A stretch of DNA of 24,904 nucleotides from Promethearchaeota archaeon. GTDB taxonomy: Archaea; Asgardarchaeota; Lokiarchaeia; Sigyniarchaeales; SOKP01. Shown piece by piece: positions 19,762 to 24,904 of this stretch. Position 1 is the stretch's first letter, and every line of letters starts with the position of its first letter. The notes below the pieces were generated by a model. It saw only the letters and a list, made by a program, of their open reading frames with translations. It searched no databases and was not told the DNA's origin. The stretch covers positions 1 through 24,904 of the forward strand of contig JALGVJ010000047.1 in NCBI GenBank assembly GCA_029838195.1, read 5' to 3'. The position numbers and the translations under genes were made by a program.

Positions 19762-21072
19762 ATGATAATTAAAATGCAGAAAATTGTATTAATAGGAGCA
19801 GGCTCATTGCAATTTGGATTGGGTTCAGTAGGAAGCATAATTGAAAGTAAAATATTAAAAGGCTCCACTATATGCTTACATGATATAAATGAGAAAAATT
19901 TAGAATTGGCAGCTGAAGCTTGCAGATCTGCGGTGGATAAAAAAGGCTTAGACTTCGAAATACAATCCACCACGAATAGAAAGGAGGCTTTAAAAGGGGC
20001 AACCTTTATTATAAATGCAATTGAAATCCCTCCTAGATTTGGATTGCTTAGATGGGATTTTGAATTTCCCATGATGTTTGGATCGACTCAGATCACGGGA
20101 GAGAACGGTGGACCGGGAGGATTATTTCATTCCTTAAGAGTAATTCCTCCCATATTAGAAATCTGTGAAGATATTCAAAGATTATGTCCCAATGCATTTT
20201 TTATTAATTATTCGAATCCCATGAGCAGGATTTGCTTAGCTATTCACAGGAAATTCCCTAAGATTAGATTTGTCGGGTTATGCCATGAAATAGCTCATGC
20301 GGAAATGCTACTTCCAAGAATCCTTGACACACCTCTAACGAACATTGAATTTAAAGCGGGAGGTTTAAATCATTTTGGCGTGATTTTAGAGGCAAGGTAT
20401 CGTGATACCGGTAAAGATGCTTATCCGGATATAAGGGCACGTGCCGTGCCCATTCTTGAGGAATTTGGTAAAGGAGAAGATTATGAATTAATAAAATTCA
20501 TTTTAAAGACCTATGATTACTTGCCCTACACTACGGACAATCACTATGGAGAATACATGTCTTGGGCTTGGGAAGTTGCAGATCTTCTTCATGGAAGGGA
20601 ATTTTGGGAAGGGTATGAAAAACTTTCCATGAAGCAATATGAAAGAATAAAAAGGTTCATTGAAAAAGGAAATGGAGATAAACTTGTAAAACCAGATGGC
20701 GAGCGAGCTATTCCAATAATAGAGGGAATTATAACGGACAGCCACCATGAGGAATTATCCGTAAATCTTCCTAACGACGACATCATTACAAATTTACCAA
20801 GAGATCTCGTAGTTGAATGTCCGGCAATCGTGACCAAAGATGGATTAGAACCCATTAAATTGGGAGATTATCCAAAAGGTTTGGCTGCCCTCTTGCGTAC
20901 ACAAGCATCCGTTCAAGATTTAGTGGTTGAAGCAATATTACAAAAATCCAAGAAACTTGCATATCAGGCATTATTAGCAGATCCAGTTATTAATAGCACG
21001 AGTCAGGCAGAAAAAATATTAAATTTCATGTTAGAATGGGAAAAAAAATACATTCAAATCAAGTTAGAATAA
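19762..21072 (+). CDS. GH4 NAD+/Mn2+-dependent glycosidase (alpha-glucosidase/alpha-galactosidase group)
   Basis: KIVLIGAGS..F, GE.GGPGG.F..LR.IP, INYSNPM, VGLCHE, GLNHF and VVECP motifs. The start may be ATG 19774. Confidence 0.93.
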   Translation: MIIKMQKIVLIGAGSLQFGLGSVGSIIESKILKGSTICLHDINEKNLELAAEACRSAVDKKGLDFEIQSTTNRKEALKGATFIINAIEIPPRFGLLRWDFEFPMMFGSTQITGENGGPGGLFHSLRVIPPILEICEDIQRLCPNAFFINYSNPMSRICLAIHRKFPKIRFVGLCHEIAHAEMLLPRILDTPLTNIEFKAGGLNHFGVILEARYRDTGKDAYPDIRARAVPILEEFGKGEDYELIKFILKTYDYLPYTTDNHYGEYMSWAWEVADLLHGREFWEGYEKLSMKQYERIKRFIEKGNGDKLVKPDGERAIPIIEGIITDSHHEELSVNLPNDDIITNLPRDLVVECPAIVTKDGLEPIKLGDYPKGLAALLRTQASVQDLVVEAILQKSKKLAYQALLADPVINSTSQAEKILNFMLEWEKKYIQIKLE

Positions 21073-21229
21073 CACGAGCATTATTTAATTCCGATTAAAA
21101 AATAAGATATATTTATTTTTTCTATTTCTTTTATTTTAGCAAGAGTCAATATGAGAATGTTCATAAATCTCATCCCTTTCAGTTACAATTAGAAAGAGCT
21201 GAAGCAAGTTAGAAAATTCAAGGATATTC

Positions 21230-21686
21230 TTGCACGGGAAGGAAACAGTTCTTGAATCCTCTTTTTTGATGGTGGGAATCATTGCCGCTAAAGCAGCCAT
21301 TGACGTCGTATTAAAAATTTTTGTCTTAACATGGATTTCATCCTTCCGAATGGGCCAAGGAGGATTTAATCAAGATGATGAACATTAGGATGAAAATCGA
21401 GCGGTAATTTTCACACAATATAGTGGAATACCATGCGAGAAGGGCAAACGTGCGTGGTCTTGAAATGGTATCCAAGCACCGCTATTTAATTTTAATTTTG
21501 GACCTTCTCAAGATCCTTGCGGCCTATAAAGTGGGCAGGCCTGACTTGATCGGCAAAACGCGCATTTTTACCATAACGAAGGGCGTGGATTTTTATTCGG
21601 TTTTTCCCGAGGTGGCCGTTAAGGATGGGTTTCAGATTCTTTTATCGGACTACAACCGGGAGCCGACAAACATGCGGTTGCTATGA
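21230..21686 (+). pseudogene. Decayed DDE transposase C-terminal fragment (IS4/IS5/IS1182-like)
   Basis: Reading through the TAA at 21405-21407 gives EDLIKMMNIRMKIER*FSHNIVEYHARRANVRGLEMVSKHRYL, which matches the R-x2-IER-x-F...VRG...V..H pattern around the DDE catalytic Glu. Further upstream is an LFFDGG-like remnant with several stops. The 5' boundary is approximate. Confidence 0.6.
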
Positions 21687-21865
21687 TCCCGATTTTTGTC
21701 GCCCTAAAAGTTAAAAGATTTAAAAACCAAGCAAAATTATAAACTTAAAAATACCCTCTTTATTATTTTTAGAGAAAATTTTTACAGGAAAATAATATTT
21801 TAGAGAATTAGTTCTTTTTCATTAACACCATCTAATAAAAAATACTTTTTAGGTTTAAGAATAAA

Positions 21866-22963
21866 ATGGTTAAGAAATCGAAAGAATTAACACCCATTCA
21901 AAGAATGCTAAAAGCTATGGCTTATCTCAAACCGGATAGAGTGCCAGTTTTATTTTTCCCCGAATTTGATTTAATGGCAGATCTTGCGGGTAAAAAGGTA
22001 AAAGAATATTTATCTGATGTGGATCTTCAAATTGAAACGGGTGAAAAATTCAAAGAACGTTTTCCAGACGCGTATTGTGCAGTTTCAATATATCAACCAT
22101 ATGCTGTGGCCCAAGCTCTTGGATGTAAACTCATGGAACCCGAAGATCTCATTCCTTCCGTGATTGAACGGGCACTTAAAAGTCCCGAAGATATAAGAAA
22201 ATTTAAAGTTCCGGAATCCGCTTGGGACGTACCCGGTACGAGAGATTGGTTAGAAAAAATTGAATATTCATTGGAATCAGGAATAAAACCATCGGGAACG
22301 GGAGAGTTCGGTCCGGTGGAAATTGCCGGATTAATTTATGGATATGATAAATTATTGTTTCACATAGTAAAAAAACCCGAATTAATTCATGAATTACTCA
22401 AGAAATGCACGGAATTCGTCATTCAATTTCAAAAAGAATGGATTGAGTTGATTGGGGGATATTCTACTATAATATTAATAGCGGACCATGCGAGTGGTTT
22501 CATGAACAAAAAGTTAATTGATGAATTCTTTGCTCCTTATCATACGAAAGTGTGTGCAGAATTAAAACCTTTAACAGGGGCCATGTTTTACCATTCCGAG
22601 AATAGAAGCGATCATTTTTTACATGAAATAGGAAATTGGGGCTATTCAATGTTTCACGGTCAAGAATGGGGAGATCATCGAAGAGCAAAAGAAATCGTGT
22701 CCAATTTAGAGAATAAATTCGCATTGGTAGGCCAAGTTCCTGGAAGAGATGTAATGTTGGTGGAACCGAATGATGAAATCGTAAAGCAAAAAATAATTGA
22801 AAATATTGAAATCTATGCTCCCGGAAGTGGCTATATTTTATCAACGGGGGGAGGTATAAATCGAGGAACTCCCTTTAAAAGATTAGACATGATGATCGAG
22901 TTAGCAAAAACACATGGAACGTATAAAACGAAAAATAAATTATTATCGCCGGAGGAGCAGTGA
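21866..22963 (+). CDS. UroD/MtaA(CmuA)-fold protein (uroporphyrinogen decarboxylase-like / corrinoid methyltransferase-like)
   Basis: LTP.QR..KA.....PDRVPV, A.ALGC, GP...A..I.G.D.L......KPE.IH.LL, EFF.PY, YH and APGSGYILSTG motifs. Confidence 0.85.
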   Translation: MVKKSKELTPIQRMLKAMAYLKPDRVPVLFFPEFDLMADLAGKKVKEYLSDVDLQIETGEKFKERFPDAYCAVSIYQPYAVAQALGCKLMEPEDLIPSVIERALKSPEDIRKFKVPESAWDVPGTRDWLEKIEYSLESGIKPSGTGEFGPVEIAGLIYGYDKLLFHIVKKPELIHELLKKCTEFVIQFQKEWIELIGGYSTIILIADHASGFMNKKLIDEFFAPYHTKVCAELKPLTGAMFYHSENRSDHFLHEIGNWGYSMFHGQEWGDHRRAKEIVSNLENKFALVGQVPGRDVMLVEPNDEIVKQKIIENIEIYAPGSGYILSTGGGINRGTPFKRLDMMIELAKTHGTYKTKNKLLSPEEQ

Positions 22964-23168
22964 GATCTATTCTTTAACTAAATATCGTTTGCCGTTTAAT
23001 CTCTCTTTTTTTATTTTAATTACTATCCTTTTCAATAATTATGTAATTTTCGAGCTTTATTATCCTCAAGAAGAAAAAATCTAAAATTTTTAAAAGAAAA
23101 AAAGTTGAAATTAGTATAATTCTCTTTATTTTTTCCTAGGAGTGAATTTTAAAACATTTAAGAAGGCA

Positions 23169-24065
23169 TTAACCTCGTGCTTTTGCGGCATTTCTTGCGA
23201 TGGCTTCAATTATTTGATCCCAGCATTCCACGGGCAGGCTATGTCCCATACCATCAATAATGATTAGTTCTGCTCCTTCAATCGCTTCTGCTGTATCCTT
23301 ACCACCCTCTACAGGAACTAAGGGATCATCTCCTCCATGAATTACCAGTGTCGGGCATTTAATTGTTGAAAGCATGCCTTTTCGATTACCTGCTGCTAAA
23401 ATGGCTGCCATTTGACGCATCATTCCTTGAGGGTAAAAGCAACGATCATACGAAAGCTCAGCAAATTTTCGTGCTTTTTCCTCATCAAATGGGAACCCCG
23501 AGCCATAAAGAATCCTTCTTCTTCCAATAGAATCCTCGATATAACCATCCCGGTCCGTTGGGGCGGGTTTCAGAAGGACTTGCATGGCTTCCGGTCTTGC
23601 TTGAGGGAGGTCAGGATTTCCCGTTGATCCCATTATTGAAGTAATGGATAATACTTTTTCAGGATGCCTGACCGCTAAAACTTGAGTTATCATGGCTCCC
23701 ATTGAAGCACCGCACACGTGTGCTTTCTCTATTCCGAGAGCCGTCAAGAGTCCCGCTGCATCATCGGCCATATCATCTAACGTATAAGGCGCTTCAATTT
23801 TCTCTCCGCTCCGTGCGGCTTGAATCAATTGCATAATATTAGGGACTCCCGCCTCTTCAAATTTTGTCGATAATCCTACATCTCGGTTATCAAATCGAAT
23901 CACGTAAAATCCCTTCTCAACAAGCATTTGACAAAATTCCGGATCCCAAGCAATCATTTGAGTTCCTAATCCCATTATCAAAAGCAAGGGTTCATTGGAA
24001 GGATCCCCGAAGGTATCGTATTCAATTTCAATATTATTGGCTTTTACTCTTGCCATCTTTCTCAC
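23169..24065 (-). CDS. Alpha/beta-fold hydrolase (esterase-like)
   Basis: LLIMGLG, RFDNRDVGLS, nucleophile elbow GASMG, HGGDDPLVP and GMGH. The start may be ATG 24056. Confidence 0.92.
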   Translation of the reverse strand: MRKMARVKANNIEIEYDTFGDPSNEPLLLIMGLGTQMIAWDPEFCQMLVEKGFYVIRFDNRDVGLSTKFEEAGVPNIMQLIQAARSGEKIEAPYTLDDMADDAAGLLTALGIEKAHVCGASMGAMITQVLAVRHPEKVLSITSIMGSTGNPDLPQARPEAMQVLLKPAPTDRDGYIEDSIGRRRILYGSGFPFDEEKARKFAELSYDRCFYPQGMMRQMAAILAAGNRKGMLSTIKCPTLVIHGGDDPLVPVEGGKDTAEAIEGAELIIIDGMGHSLPVECWDQIIEAIARNAAKARG

Positions 24066-24206
24066 AATAAGATGGAATTGGAATTATTTAATCGTTAATT
24101 AATTGTTTGTAATCATGATATTAATACATGATGATCAATTCCCATTTCTGATAAAATAAAATTTTAAAAAAGAAATGATAATAGGGGGAAAAAGAAAAAA
24201 ATCTTT

Positions 24207-24222
24207 GTGAACTAACGTTCGC
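24207..24222. repeat. Palindrome GTGAAC-TAAC-GTTCGC (copy 4 of 4)
   Basis: Same position relative to the IS110 stop codon as copy 1, and followed by a T-tract on the minus strand. Confidence 0.75.
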
Positions 24223-24224
24223 TT

Positions 24225-24904
24225 CTAATCACCAAGCTTTTTTCCTTGTAAGGTTAGCTCCAGTTGGAGTGTTAGCTGCTCTGAAAACGAGCCTATAACA
24301 CCAATATCTTCTATTGATGACACCCTTTTGAGACAGTTTCTCGCCCTCCGCAAAGTTTTGCGGTCCGAGACGGAGAAATTCTTTCCTGCCTCCTTTTTGG
24401 AGGAATGGGTTGAAATTCCATAAATTGGATGAAAACAAGTATTTTTCATAAGGAGCGAACATGCGATTTTCGCAATTTTTGATGTAACGATACAACACGC
24501 AAGCTTGGTGGAAAACTTTCCTTTTTGTCGCATCGTTCTCGTAGCGTATCTTTTTAACGTGGATTCTTGCTTGGTCAAATTACAAAGAACAACGGCGGCA
24601 TTATAAAAAATGGTCCTTAGGAACTTATTCGAATGTCGAGAAACATGAGCAGAATATTCCTTTCCCGCTGAAGATACGACTCTTGGACAACACCCGCAAC
24701 ATGCGGAAAAGGCTTCTCTTGATTTAAATCGCCAAATATCTTTTTTATACAAGCTCCTAACGTTTCCTTTTGCCCAATAAAATGAAGGAAAAATTCATTG
24801 ACCCATTGATAATTTAAATCCAGGGCTTTAGGGCGGATTCCGGCACGGTCTAAGGTTTTTTTAATGCGATTTTTCAAGGCAGTACGATCTTTTTCAAGCC
24901 TCGC
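24225..24904 (-). mobile_element. IS110-family (DEDD) transposase, frameshifted and probably internally deleted, truncated by window end
   Basis: Upstream frame RLEKDRTALKNRIKKTLDRAGI matches the IS110 coiled-coil. Downstream frame DIWRFKSREAFSACCGCCPRVVSSAGK...VSRHSNKFLRTIFYNAA matches the Transposase_20 region with its catalytic-Ser loop. The frames switch near 24740-24752. Confidence 0.85.

Noticed and set aside
1177-22963. Selenocysteine or pyrrolysine recoding (MsrA, TGA-ending ORFs)
   Set aside because: MsrA has Cys at the active site. The TGA-ending proteins look complete at their stops, and I saw no convincing SECIS-like element.
85-24222. GAAC-N4-GTTC as a literal LexA/SOS regulon
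   Set aside because: The adjacent genes are not DNA-repair genes, there is no lexA in the window, and the host looks archaeal. Kept only as an unexplained palindrome.
1801-24498. Short ORFs overlapping the main genes (e.g. 10323-10790, 11733-12227, 12880-13941, 19755-20855, 22500-22844)
   Set aside because: These are antisense or alternate-frame shadows of well-supported CDSs, with no motifs of their own.
1-24904. CRISPR array, rRNA or tRNA genes
   Set aside because: I saw no regularly spaced direct repeats or structured RNA gene signatures.

Overview
AT-rich archaeal-looking window. A longin-like ORF, a tungsten AOR, a UroD-fold protein, a GPH-type MFS and TATA/BRE-like promoters point to an Asgard archaeon, probably Lokiarchaeia (inferred). 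The window is bounded at both ends by the 3' portions of two diverged, inward-facing IS110-family transposase genes. The left one (2-82) is not in the ORF track. The right one is frameshifted and probably internally deleted. Between them lie a longin-like protein, msrA, a radical SAM protein, a SagB-type nitroreductase, a Zn-ribbon methyltransferase, an AOR and a B12 radical SAM with a possible SCP2-like tail. These are followed by a roughly 14 kb cluster that looks like glycoside/sugar-acid catabolism: IlvD/Edd dehydratase, two RraA/HMG aldolases, GPH transporter, DUF296, a GH57/GH38-like hydrolase, an amidohydrolase, GH4, a UroD/MtaA-fold protein and an alpha/beta hydrolase. A decayed DDE transposase also sits in this stretch. 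Notable sequence-level signals are the palindrome GAAC-TWAM-GTTC (four copies, all non-coding, two right after the IS110 stop codons) and two genes that seem to need ATA/ATT starts. All calls come from reading motifs by eye; no database searches were run.
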